From contig PS015098.1 in assembly GCA_048213135.1 (NCBI GenBank), forward strand, positions 1 to 52,370: a stretch of 52,370 bases of DNA, given 5' to 3'. The notes beneath the pieces are model-generated. The model had not been told where the DNA came from, searched no databases, and saw only the letters and a program-made list of their open reading frames with translations. Shown here piece after piece: positions 1 to 13,300 of the stretch. This DNA comes from Reclinomonas americana ATCC 50394. Its lineage: Eukaryota. The position numbers and the translations under genes were made by a program. Every line of letters starts with the position of its first letter. Position 1 is the stretch's first letter.

Positions 1-1504
1 AGCCTCTCATGACAACAATCCCTCAATCTCCGCTGCTTGATAAACGCAACGCGTACTGTGAATCCAGCGAATCCAGAAGTGGGGGTGCCTCGCCCACTCG
101 ACAGTGATCCTCGCTGCGGCTCATTGGAAGCGCCCGAGCAAAATAATAAAGATTGCGGAGGTGGGAGAGTGGAGGTGTAAATAAGGAAAGGAAAAACAGA
201 CACACAAGGAGCTCCAAAAGAGATCTCGCCGGCGTGTGTGCACGTATAACAAGTGGCGAGAGGCGCGAGGGAGTGCACTGTGAGTTCTCCCCGATGCAAG
301 CACAGCGAGAATGAAAAACTCACAACACAAGTGAAATTTGTGAAGCGTGTCCGTGTTCGGTTGTGAGCCGTGTCAAGAAAGCATCCCAGCGTAGCCTCAG
401 TGGCATGGCAGGAAGCGTGCACGCACGCGAGGCGTCCGCAACTTTTCCCACCCACGCGCGGCCGTGTACAGGGATCCTCGAGCAGCGATTCGCATACGAA
501 TCCTGCATTCAGCGTGTTGGCTCTGCTTGCGTGCCCACCGCCACAGTGTACATCTCTCTCTCCGATCCACTCGATCGCTGGCCTTGTCGCCACACCACAA
601 GGGTTGCATGGCGCACGAGCAACTAGTATTTGGCGAAAGAGTCGTGTTGTTCCGAATCCGTACACGGGCATTTCGGACAGGCCTCATAGTTCCACTCCGG
701 GGACAACTGCCACTGGCAATGAGAGAACGAGGGCAACACACGATGGAGAGAGCGGTTGCGCGCGCATGAGACAAAAGATACGAAAGAGAGACGCATCCAT
801 AACGAGTGAAACTACGAGTGGCAATTCGGAGACAATTGCAACACAAAAAAGGAAATCAAGTCATTGTTTCTTTTGTATGAAGGTGACTGTGTGTGACTGT
901 GCGCACGCGTGCATCGGAGAGAGAGAGAGAGAGAGAGAGAGAAGTCGTTGAGCAAAAGAACACCACCATCCCTGCATGCACCCCACATGCAGCGCCCTCG
1001 ACATTGCGACACCAATTCTCCTGTTTTCATATATCGGAATATTTGTCAGAAACAATTGGAGTCTCTCTCCCCTCCCTCCACACATTACTACTCCACACGT
1101 GCACATCACCCATCACGGCGAGTGTTNNNNNNNNNNNNNNNNNNNNNNNNNNNNNNNNNNNNNNNNNNNNNNNNNNNNNNNNNNNNNNNNNNNNNNNTAC
1201 AGGCAGGCCCTCCATGTTCCACTTGTCGTCGTCTGCTCACCTAAGAGGACACATTGCTGTAGTCGTGTTCCAGAAAATCCGGCAACCAGACGCTGCGTGA
1301 ACAAACCTGTCAATTCTGAAAATTTCACCTCATTTGCGGTCGACTGCGTCCCCTGATCAGAGATTGGGCACTCACAGCGCTAGCTCTCTTTGTCTAAGTT
1401 GATCGCTTCCTTTTGTCACCCTACTCTAGTGCACACGCACCTGCTACGAGTCCTCTTGTCCAATTTCTTATTTCCACACACTCTCTCCTCCTCCACCTCT
1501 GCCA

Positions 1505-2943
1505 ATGAGCGGCGACGAGGAGGAACACGACCGCGCACACCACGTGCCAGCGCCGGAGACACCAAACTCTCCGTTGCGTCTCTTCTCCCATCGACTGACG
1601 AGTGGTGATTGCTGTGAATTGTGGGTCAGTCATTATCACGAGAGAGTTGTCGCAAGCACTCCACTGCCTGTACGAGCGCACAGCAGCCGGTGGCACTTTG
1701 TGGGTGTTAGAGAATGGCATCCATTGTGGTGCATTCTCCGTGTCTTGTGAGTGATCGTTGAGTGCGAGCGTGTGTGCTCGAGAGTTTCTGTATTGCGAGT
1801 GGTGGCCATCTCTCCCCCTCCGACACCCGCCCGCCCTCGAAACTCTTCTCTCCTCTCCCCTCCTCGCAAGTTCTGTCGCGCCACTCCTATCTTCACTGAC
1901 GACTGTCTCGTCTCTTCCTGTGCGCGCTCCATGCCTTTACCGCTGCATGTCCGCTCATAAGCATGTGGCCAATTTTTTCACACAAGCACGAACACTTCGC
2001 CTATTTCCTTGCATGATCATGTTGCAGTTCTCACACCATGTGATCAACCACAGATCTCCACAACCCACACAGCAGCCAGCTGCGACCCGAGAGCAAGCTC
2101 ACAGGCCTAGGGGCGAAGAGTTCCGTACATGTGGCACTTGTTGTGTTTTTTCCCACCAAATCTCACGCCTCCACTCTTCCGGATTCCCGCTTATCAGTCT
2201 GCACGAGGACGTCGACACGCTGTCATCCGATAGCGATGGGCCGTACTCAGATGATGGAACGTCTGGATCAGACTGCAGGTACGCGTACAATGACAGTTTG
2301 TCATCATCAGTATTGAGTTTTATGCTGCCGTTTTGTGTTCCTCCTGACGGAATCCTCGCTCGCTGCCGCTACAGCGACTATGAAGTCTGCCTGTTGTGCG
2401 GCGCGCAACATCGGCACAACAAACACAGTACCGCTGAGGTGTCGTTGGATGAGTTGGCCATAATACTGGAATCTCTGGGATACAGTGCGTTGGTGATCCG
2501 AGTCAGTTGTGGAAGCACCGTGTACAGTTCGTCGCCACCGGTCAGTGCCAGCGGCTCAAGCAGTACGCCATCGCCGACCGAACTCAACAGGCATGCTGCT
2601 GTGCCCTCACCTGATCATGACAGTGTGGTGTGCAGCTGGTTGAAGTTCATCGGTGAACGACGACGGAACTTGTACTTGGAGGGTGCCTTGTTGCGTTGCT
2701 GCGTTCGCTGTCTCACCTTGGACCGCACAATCTCACTCCCTCCCATTTTCTTGCATCAGGAAGCGCGCGAAAGAGAACCTTGACGCATCCGAACGTCGTA
2801 ACGCTGAACTACAAGAGGATAACAAAGAGCTGCGCCTGGTAAGCGAGCAACAACAGCGCATCATTGCAGCGCTCGAGCAGAAGCTCCTTATCGAGGAACA
2901 GCAACGCGAAAATGAGTCCGGCAGCACAACAATTCCACCATGA
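1505..2943 (+). CDS. Putative multi-exon B-box-like/coiled-coil protein (gene model uncertain)
   Basis: Segment ~2350-2440 reads ILARCRYSDYEVCLLCGAQHRHNKHSTAEV, resembling the C-x-D-x-VC-xx-C-x-H-xx-H half of a B-box. The last exon (~2760-2943) is heptad-like (LDASERRNAELQEDNKELRLVSEQQQRIIAALEQKLL) and ends in TGA. The 5' exons are guessed from the ATG at 1505. Confidence 0.35.
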
Positions 2944-3108
2944 AGGTTTGCTGTTGTGCTCACCACTCCTGCGCACCCCTTCCCCTCCTGACAATCCCCC
3001 TCTCACACACCACGCAGACCAACCTTTGCCAAAAATCCATACCATATGGCTCTCTTCTCCCTGTTGTATTGTCGCCTCGAATTAATAACAAGATTGCTCC
3101 TCCAGCGA

Positions 3109-6047
3109 TCAGTCGTCGCCCCCACCCGCCATTCGCTCCTTGTTCACTGCCGCTTGCTCCAGTGCATCGTCGAAGAGGCTCTGATCAGCAATCGCCAACT
3201 TGACGCGAATGCTGTCGGCAAACGACCCGAGACCTGCAAGCAAAACACGCCACTCAGCGACCACAAACCACCACCCCAGCAGCTGTCCACTGCGATTGCA
3301 CGCACCTGCGCACACGTCGGCAAAGTGCACGTGCGCATCAATCGCATCCCACGGCGACGAAAATCCTTGATGCGGATCGAACTCCTCGTCCTCGTCGTCA
3401 AAGTGCATCGACCGATCATCGTCGTCATCATCATCATCCTCTACGTCGTCAGCAGTGCGCATTCGAGGGGCGCGTATTTCGTCCAAAGCATCCATCTGCG
3501 AAGACGCATTTTCAGTGCCAGCGAACTTCACACATTCCAGTCCCGGCAAACAAACCATCGCCCCGATCCTGTCTTTCCGCAGTCGCCGGTGCTGCAAAAA
3601 CAACAGTGAGGGATCCTTTCCACGCCACACGAACGCACACACACACACTCGCTTCGCCTCCCCACTCACTTCGCCGTCGTCGTCGACGCCACCGCCATCA
3701 CCATCACCATCACCATCACCGTCGTCGTCGTCGTCATCATCATCACCTTCGTCCTCCTCCATCTTGCGGATCTCGTCGCCACCCCCGTCTTCGCTGTTTC
3801 CGACACCTACACACTCACGGTCAGCGTTTCCAGAGCGAGCAAGCAGCGGCGCAAAAGCACCCGAGAACCGACCATCCGTCGCCTGCCTCAGTCGCGACAA
3901 CAGCTGCACCACTGCACGGAGCACCAACGTCGCGTTGTTGGTCACCACCGCCGGCAGACCCGGTGTGCTCATGATGGAGAAGAGGCTCGCCATACCCAGA
4001 CAGCTCATCTTGATGTCGAACACACTGTGACACAGACTATGAGCGGGCAAAGCATCGTTGAAAAGGGCGAGTCACGGCACATTTACACACCGTGTCAACA
4101 GAGGAATGCATTGAATCCATTCCAGCAACGATGTAGTGGGCTCTGGTAGCGACTGAAGCACTTGCAGTGCCATCAGCGGGTTGTAGAAAAAGCACTCGGC
4201 GAGCTGGCGAGAAAAATAGTGAGATTCTCATTCCCCAGCTCAACACACACAAACACACACACATGCGCGCGCGCACCGTATCAATTACTGCCACTCGATG
4301 TTGCTTTCGGCCTGACTTCGCCAAGATCACGTTCTTATGCACCATACCGACAATCCTCGGCATCGAGTCGTCGATCATGTTGCTGCAGAGGACGCGCTCG
4401 ACAGTGAGCCTCACACACGCGCCATACAACAGTGCATGCGAGAGAGAGAGAGAGAGAAGTGTTGGATCCTCTCCAATGCACATGCAGCGTGCGCGAAACA
4501 CCCATCGATCAAACGCACCGGCACAAATGCAAAAGAGACTGCACAAGCTGAGCACCAGTGATGGAGCTCATATCCGATTCACCGACGGGGTTATCCAAGG
4601 CCTGCCAGCAGCCACCACACGTGAGGCTCCATAATTCCACGGTGGCACACACCGCTCTCACCTTTTCGGCCAGATCGAGAATCTGTTCAACATTATTGTC
4701 GCCGGCTGCGCCACGCACGAACTCCTCAGGTGACAGCGAGATCCAGTTGTCCAGCACTGGCGCTAAGTCTGGTGGAAAATTATCAGTCAACAAAATTACA
4801 GAGCTGTCCTTCCCGTACACACCCATCGCATACGGGAGGAAGTCATCGTCGCTGATCGCGCGAGCGATGACTCGGCGCATGAGCGCGTTCATGGCAGGCG
4901 ATGCGTATTTGCCAGCATACAAGAAGGACGTGACAATTTTGCACGCTTCTTCGAGGAACTCTGAGAGGCGCGCACCTTCAACCAGAGAGCATAGAAGCAA
5001 TAAAGTGACTCACAGCAAGGGGTACTCACCCAAATGATTAGTATCGTAGTTGCTACAGAACTCGAGAAGCGACATAACACTCGGCTCCATCTCGATACAC
5101 ATGTCCCGTGTCAGAGTGGCCGTCTTTAACATCGTAATCATCGCCTTCGATAGGGCCATCAGCGTATAACTCTCTTGCGCAACCTCAGAGTTCTGCAGCA
5201 CCAGAGCGAGAGTGGTCTGTAATTCCGAGTCACACGTGAGCACTCCACGTGAAATTACTCTTTCCCTGTCCCTGTCCCTCCCCAACATACCAGGCGCACA
5301 AACACTCGCGAAGTAGCGGAACCCATACTGCCTCCGAATTGAACGAGAATGCGTTCCAGGGCAGCGACCAAATTCTCAGTTCGGCACTCCATGAGGAGAT
5401 CGAGCAGTTTCTCGGTGAACTCGGGAATCTGGTCACCGATCTCATCGTTGACTGCGCATCGCGAGACGCGACATTAGTGACAGGCGCGAGCGTCGACCAC
5501 ACGAGTGGCAGGGCGCAACTGACGTCCACGGCCAGAATCTCACTAATGACGGAGGCAGCCGACGCTTGCAAGGCAATATTCGCAGTGCGAGAGAAGCATG
5601 CCGCCACGGCATCAAACACACGGCGCAAGTGGGACTCGTTGCTCCAGTCCAGCGAAGTGCACTTGTTCACAAACTCCAACGCCTGTGTGGTGTGTCGCGG
5701 TCAGCGCACGCCCAACCTGCATACTATTTCTCTCTCTCTCTCCCTATCTCCCTCTCCCGACGCAACATCATACACCAAGAAGAGATGGTCCGACGACAAG
5801 TCCGGCAGCACGTACGTCAGCAGCAGTGTCTGGAACTGCTTGCCACCCTTTTTCGTCGACAAACCGAGATCGGCAGCCATGTGCTGCAAGGCAAACATCG
5901 CAGCTCTCTTGCGCAGCGGGTCGCGGTTCCTCGCCAACACCTTGCTCTCTCTGCACGATCGAATCACAATAAGCACTCACGCCGAGACGACTGACGGCAC
6001 GGTGATCGAGTCGCACGCAACGACACCAAAATGTCGGTAAGGAACTT
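3109..6047 (-). CDS. Importin-7/8-like karyopherin-beta, copy A, 3' exons
   Basis: Helical HEAT-like exons (QFQTLLLTYVLPDL; LAPVLDNWISLSPEEFV) and an acidic C-terminus followed by FSSPWDAIDAHVHFADV, as in importin-7/8/Nmd5. Paralogous to 11045-14212. Confidence 0.7.
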
Positions 6048-6134
6048 TNNNNNNNNNNNNNNNNNNNNNNNNNNNNNNNNNNNNNNNNNNNNNNNNNNNN
6101 NNNNNNNNNNNNNNNNNNNNNNNNNNNNNNNNNC

Positions 6135-6192
<58 letters not shown>

Positions 6193-6219
6193 ACGCGTGT
6201 GTGTGTTGCTGACGTGTCT

Positions 6220-7860
6220 GCTCTCCCAGCCGGGTATGGAGGTCGGTGGACCTCTGACCGCCCGCCTGGCATTGCTGGGGATTGCCACCGATGTCACACA
6301 GCCACACAATGTGCAACTTGCAGCCGCCACCTGGCTGTGTGATCGCTCACATATGAAGTTGTGTACGCAGGCAGGAGAGTCATTGTCAGTGTTCGGAATA
6401 AATCCCTCACAAACTCTGCGCGCACAGTTGGGCAGCGATGCATGAGGACGTGCAGCAAGACGTGCAGTTCGCTGAAATCGTGCTGGAAACGTTTGTGGCT
6501 TCTGCGTTTAGTCCGCCGATCCATGCCAAGCTGCTCGCCTGCATCATGATCCACGAGCGGCAAGGCCGGCTGCCGACGTTGACCAGCACGGTTTCCCGAT
6601 TGCTTGGCGACGAGGAGCGCATGCTCACGGGATTGGAGCTGGCCAAGGCCTTTTGCAAGATGTACTTACGTTGCTGGCAGTATTCTCTCATGCTTGCTGG
6701 TCCGCTCAGTCTCTCTGCAGTCTGCGGCGAAACGAAGACGAGCACGGCAACCCCATGGACACCTTCCGCGACGAGTCGCTCGAGTTTTTCTGCGCCACCC
6801 TCGGCACTCTGGCCGAGCAGGTGATTGGCGAGCTGAGTGGTCGAGGTGAATAGATGCACATTGCTCCTGCGCGCACTCGTTGCCTGCATGGCTCTCAACT
6901 GGGCACACAGAGTACACGCCAACGCTGACCGAGACAACAGAGTCGAATGCACAAAAGGTTTGGCGCATTCTCAAGATTCTGCTCTACATGACCAAGGTAT
7001 TCGTGCGTGCGAGCTGCGTACACTTTTCCACTCCGCCCGCACTGACTCTGTTTTTTGACGCACGCAGATACACATGCCGGCGCAGTTTGTGGCCGACTTT
7101 GACGCACTGGCATCTCTCGTTTCGCTACTCTGTCGACTCGTGCAACTGACGCCGCCCGTGCACCCACCAGGCACGACGGTCGACGACTGCGCATCGCACA
7201 TTGTGTGGAAGCTCAAGGACACTGCTGCACACATTGTTCTCTCGTTGTACAGGAGGTGCGCGCAGTGACGCACTGTGGTCCTCAGTGGGAGCCATGCTGG
7301 TTGGCTGACGCTCTAATCATATCCTCCCTAGATTCGCTATCCACGAACGCAACCCTGGCTACTCGCCGCGCCTTCACTCCGAGTGCTCGCCGTTGATCGC
7401 GGAGACGCTGCTGCAAATATTACGTGCGGGCGGTGATTCCACACGCCCAACACCGGCAAAGATAGTGCAGCGAGCCCTGCGATTCTTTGAACTGGCGTGC
7501 GTAGTTATTTCTCTCCTCTTGTGTGCGCGCGTGTGCTGACGTGGCAGTGTACAGAGCCGGTCAGAAGGGCCTGATGGATGGCCTCGAGCAAGACTATCTC
7601 GGCTTTGTGACAGAGACAGTATTCCCTCTGCTGATTGTCAGCGACAGACGAATGCGGTTGCTGATGGAGGATCCGAAGCAGTTCTTGCGCGATCAAGAAT
7701 GTGAGTGTCCATCCATCCGGTTCAATTGTGTGACACTTCGAATTTCACACGACGTCGTCTGTGTAGTCTTGGACAACTCGGACGTTTGCACGCATGCATG
7801 TGACGCGATTGTGGCCTTGTGCTCTGCTCGACCCAAGAAGAAACTGCAAGACCCGCTGGT
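6220..7860 (+). CDS. Importin-7/8-like, copy A, middle exons (on a mis-oriented contig)
   Basis: Encodes VWRILKILLYMTK, HIVWKLKDTAAHIVLSLY and VFPLLIVSDRRMRLLMEDPKQFLRDQ. These resemble importin-7 motifs WWKCKKWALHIL and [24 protein letters not shown]. The reverse complement abuts 6048 seamlessly. Confidence 0.7.
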
Positions 7861-7880
7861 NNNNNNNNNNNNNNNNNNNN

Positions 7881-8048
<168 letters not shown>

Positions 8049-8690
8049 CTTGCTCGAAGTATACGCACCACGAGAACGAGCAACTGCAATGCGGACAAGG
8101 GGGGCCACACCAGAAGCGCACGTGCACGCACTGCCGCGTGATGAGGATGGCGTTGTGTGCTGACCAGTCCGACCACCGATCGATGACGGAACAACGAGGC
8201 AAGCTGGCTTGCCTCGGACGGCAAGCAGGGTTGCCTCGGCGGGCAAGCTGGATTGCCTCGGTGTCGAGGTACTTCAGTGTGGTTTTTTTGCCGATGGTTG
8301 TGTGGCCCATGCACTGTAGGCAGTGTCTGAGAAGTTTGGAGTGGAGGAGAGCGCGACTCGAGTCACAAGCGTGTGTGCACTGATGAGTCAGAGGCAACGG
8401 GACTTGCCCGTCCGTGAAACATGACGAAATTTAATTGCTGTGTTTCAATTGTGTGCACGTGCGTGCATGCGCGCATGCGCATGCGCACATGTGTATTGGG
8501 AAGATGAATAGATTTCTTTGCTCAGAGAGTTATCGCAGCAGCATTCATTCTCTCCTCGTTGAGGTCGCTTGTTCGATCTATCCTTTGTCGCGCGCGTACA
8601 CGAAGAAAACAATGCAACGTCGCGGTGTGTCCGCTGCGGGCACCGCAGCGCTGCGACCTGCGCGTCCGTCTCATTACGTATACACACACA

Positions 8691-8808
8691 ATGGCATCGG
8701 CGGCGGCGACACACGATGAGATCCTCCGCTTGCTGCAGGCGCAGGTGGCCGCAGAGAGCGCGAGAAACGAACAAGAGGCGCGGACAGTGCGAGAGACGAT
8801 GATGCGAC

Positions 8809-8810
<2 letters not shown>
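8691..8810 (+). CDS. Importin-7/8-like, copy A, exon 1 (on a mis-oriented contig)
   Basis: MASAAATHDEILRLLQAQVAAESARNEQEARTVRETMMRQ followed by a GT donor; paralog of 15976-16095 (-). Confidence 0.7.
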
Positions 8811-8869
<59 letters not shown>

Positions 8870-8901
8870 TGTGTGTGTGTGNNNNNNNNNNNNNNNNNNN
8901 N

Positions 8902-8933
<32 letters not shown>

Positions 8934-10374
8934 CAGAAGAGGGTGTGAGAGAAGCGCTTGCGGAAAGAAGATGCTGCACGCGCGAGCGACATTGTCATTG
9001 TCAACAATTCTCACATCATCAGCAACCTGTGAGAGTGCGACGCGCCTCACGCATGTGACTGCACGAGGAGCAAGTGCGTGCACCGCGCGCAATCAACGAG
9101 GACGGCTGGCCTGGGTGCAGTCCTTGCATGCAATTGGCGCGCGCGCGCGTGAGAGAGTGCGTGACTTGTTGTTGTTGTTTCGCGCGCGCGCGAATTCGCC
9201 GTCGGAAATGTGTGACTTTGTTGTGCCTCCTCACTATGACTTGTTTACAGCATGTCGTCATGGCAACACACCTGCGCTCGGTGCGGTTGGTCGTGATTGT
9301 GGTTGGGTGTCGCGCGCGTCTGCTGCGTTGGTGAGTGGGTGTCTGTCTGATGAGATGTCGCGAACTTCACTCACAAGTTCTCTTCTTGTTCAACATGCTC
9401 AGAGCGCCTGGGATTCGGGGACTCAGTCCACTGGAACTGCCGGCGCCCATACATGCATACAGTGGATGCATTCACGAATGGTGCATGCGTCGTGGCCCTC
9501 TGCAGTGGTGTGATCACGATGCTCTTGCGCGCCACATCACACGCAGCACGGACATCTCTGTTCTCGGAGAGAATCAGGTGCTTCTCTCGTGTTTTCAGTA
9601 CTTGCTTGCGTTCGTGGTGTCGTGCATGAGTGAAAGAGCATGATGTTTTCTTTTTCCCGCCGGCGTCATCATTGTGACTGCATCGCAGACTAGCTGCTAG
9701 CAGCTAGAGTACTGTGGTGGCACTGTATGGCATATACATGCAAGCAAAGGCAGCACCCGAAGAACCGGCGACCTGCACAATGAAGAGGCAAGCAAGGTTG
9801 CCTCGCTGGTGCGAAATGCGACCGAGGCAAGCCGGCTTGCCAGGGGGGAAAACCAGCTTGCCTCAGGCAACTGCGCTTACCCGAACCGAACCAATGGGAA
9901 ACTGGCACGCTGTGAAACGTTAACTACCGCATAATCATAATTAATATTCCCAGTCACTCACTCCTCAGTTTGTCTCTTCTTCTGCTCTCTCTCTCTCTCT
10001 CTCACTCACACAATGCCAATCGCTGCTCTACTTATCCTCACTGTCGACGTCGCTCGGTTCCGGCGATTCTGCTCTTCTTGACGAAAACAGCTTGTATACA
10101 CCGCTGCGCAGCGCCAATGAGCACGCGATACATAATTATAATGCAGTGTCAGCTGCAAGCAGCAGCTGCAGAAGCAACGCACCTGCCGCCAAAACACCGA
10201 GACCCGCTGCTCTATATGTACACGGTTGTAGTGCGACGGTGATCCGAGCCAAATGCTCGACTTTTTCTCGTTTTTTTCGTGACGTCTGTGTTTCTGGTGC
10301 TCACTCAAGATGATGATCATCATGCAGCTGTTGCTGTTTGGATTAGTAAAGTTGTTGTTGTTGTTGTTGTTGTT

Positions 10375-13300
10375 GGAAGCACTGTGTACGTATACAGTTC
10401 GTCGCCACCGGTCATGATCAGTGCCAGCGGCTCAAGCAGTACGCCATCGCCGACCGAACTCAACAGGCATGCTGCTGTGCCCTCACCTGATCATGACAGT
10501 GTGGTGTGCAGCTGGTTGAAGTTCATCGGTGAACGACGACGGAACTTGTACTTGGAGGGTGCCTTGTTGCGTTGCTGCCGTGAATCTACCGGCATCGACG
10601 TTTCGTTGTCTCACACTGGAGCGCACAATCTCCCTCCTTCCCATTTCTTGCATTAGGAAATGCCAGAACGAGCTGCTTGACTTTCTTTATATACTATCGT
10701 ATTCCAATGCACTTGTCAGCAACAAATCTTCGAGAATCAGCCATGCGATATCACAGAATTGCAAGGAGAAAGCAAACAGCTGCGCCTGGTATGCGAGCAC
10801 CATTGCAGTGCTCGAGCAGAAGCTCCTTATTGAGGAACAGCAACGCGAAAATGAGTCCGGCAGCACAGCAATTCCACCATGGTTTGCTGTTGTGCTCACC
10901 ACTCCTGCGCATCCCTTCCCCTCCTGACAATCCCCCTCTCACACATCACGCAGACCAACCTTTGCCAAAAATCCATACCATATGGCTCTCTTCTCCCTGT
11001 TGTATTGTCGCCTCGAATTAATAACAAGATTGCTCCTCCAGCGATCAGTCGTCGCCCCCACCCGCCATTCGCTCCTTGTTCACTGCCGCTTGCTCCAATG
11101 CATCGTCGTAGAGGCTCTGATCAGCAATCGCTAACTTGACGCGAATGCTGTCGGCAAACGACCCGAGACCTGCAAGCAAAACACGCCACTCAGCGACCCA
11201 CCCCAGCAGCTGTCCACTGCGATTGCACGCACCTGCGCACACGTCGGCAAAGTGCACGTGCGCATCAATCGCATCCCACGGCGACGAAAATCCTTGATGC
11301 GGATCGAACTCCTCGTCCTCGTCGTCAAAGTGCATCGACCGATCATCGTCGTCATCATCATCATCCTCTCCGTCGTGAGCAGTGCGCATTCGAGGGGCGC
11401 GTAATTCGTCCAAAGCATCCATCTGCGCAGACGCATTTTCAGTGCCAGCAAACTTCACACATTCCAGTCCCGGCAAACAAACCATCGCCGCGATCCTGTC
11501 TTTTCGCAGTCGCTGGTGCTGCAATGACAGCAGTGAGGGATCCTTTCCACGCCACATGAACGCACACACACACACTCGCTTCGCCTCCCCACTCACTTCG
11601 CCGTCGTCGTCGACGCCACCGCCATCACCATCACCATCACCGTCGTCNNNNNNNNNNNNNNNNNNNNNNNNNNNNNNNNNNNNNNNNNNNNNNNNNNNNN
11701 NNNNNNNNNNNNNNNNNNNNNNNNNNNNNNNNNNNNNNNNNNNNNNNNNNNNNNNNNNNNNNNNNNNNNNNNNNNNNNNNNNNNNNNNNNNNNNNNNNNN
11801 NNNNNNNNNNNNNNNNNNNNNNNNNNNNNNNNNNNNNNNNNNNNNNNNNNNNNNNNNNNNNNNNNNNNNNNNNNNNNNNNNNNNNNNNNNNNNNNNNNNN
11901 NNNNNGTCGTCGTCGTCATCATCATCACCTTCGTCCTCCTCCATCTTGCGGATCTCGTCGCCATCTCCGTCTTCGCTGTTTCCGACACCTGCACACTCAC
12001 GGTCAGCGTTTCCAGAGCGAGCAAGCAGCGGCACAAAAGCACCCGAGAACCGACCATCCGTCGCCTGCCTCAGTCGCGACAACAGCTGCACCACTGCACG
12101 GAGCACCAGCGTTGCGTTGTTGGTCACCACCGCCGGCAGACCCGGTGTGCTCATGATGGAAAAGAGGCTCGCCATGCCCAGACAGCTCATCTTGATGTCG
12201 AACACACTGTGACACAGACTGTGAGCGGGCAAAGCATCGTTGAAAAGGGCGAGTCACGGCACATTTACACACCGTGTCAACAGAGGAATGCATTGAATCC
12301 ATTCCAGCAACGATGCAGTGGGCTCGGGGAGCGACTGAAGCACTTGCAGCGTCATCAGCGGGTTGTAGAAAAAGCATTCGGCGAGCTGGCGAGAAAAATT
12401 GTGAGAGTCTCATTCCCCAGCTCCACACAAACACACACACGCATACACACACCGTATCAATTACTGCCACTCGATGTTGCTTTCGGCCTGACTTCGCCAA
12501 GATCACGTTCTTGTGCACCATACCGACAATCCTCGGCATCGAGTCGTCGATCATGTTGCTGCAGAGGATGCGCTCGATAGTGAGCCTCTCACACGCGCCA
12601 TACAACAGTGCATGCGAGAGAGAGAGAGAGAGAGAGCGAGAAGCGCACCGGCACAAATGCAAAAGAGACTCCACCAGCGGAGCACCAGTGATGGAGCTCG
12701 AATCCGATTCACCGTCACGGAAAATAAAGGCCTGCAAGCCGCCACACGTGAGGCTTCCCACTCTCTTGGCCGCACGCACACATACACGCACACATCATCA
12801 GCACCTTTTCGGCCAGATCGAGAATGAGCTCCACATTGCTCTCGCCGTCTGCGCCACGCACGAACTCCTCAGGCGACAGCGAGATCCAGTTGTCCAGCAT
12901 CGGTGCCATTTCTAACAGAGAATCATCCGTTTTCAAACAAATCCACGCAACACGAGCTGTCCATCACACACGCACCAGTCACATACTGGAAGACGTCATC
13001 GTCGCTGATCGCGCGAGCGATGACTCGACGCATGAGCGCGTTCATGGCAGGCGATGCGTATTTGCCAGCATACAAGAAGGACGCGACAATTTTGCACACG
13101 TCGTCGAAGAGCGCTGCGAGGCGTGCACCTTCAACCAGGGAGCATAGAAGCAATAAAGTGACTCACAGCAAGGGGTACTCACACAAAGGATCAGTATCGT
13201 CGGTGATACAGAACTCGAGAAGCGACATAACACACGGCTCCATCTCGACACCCATGTCCCGTGTCAGAGTGGCCGTCTCCAACATCGTAACCATCGCCTT

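Noticed and set aside
1-1125. Possible gene or transposon remnant
   Set aside because: Only short overlapping ORFs with no recognisable motifs, splice pattern or terminal repeats.
5249-6040. Plus-strand 263 aa ORF (and its paralog 13402-14103)
   Set aside because: Mostly antisense shadow of the minus-strand importin gene; I could not resolve every importin exon in ~5290-5680, so a residual doubt remains.
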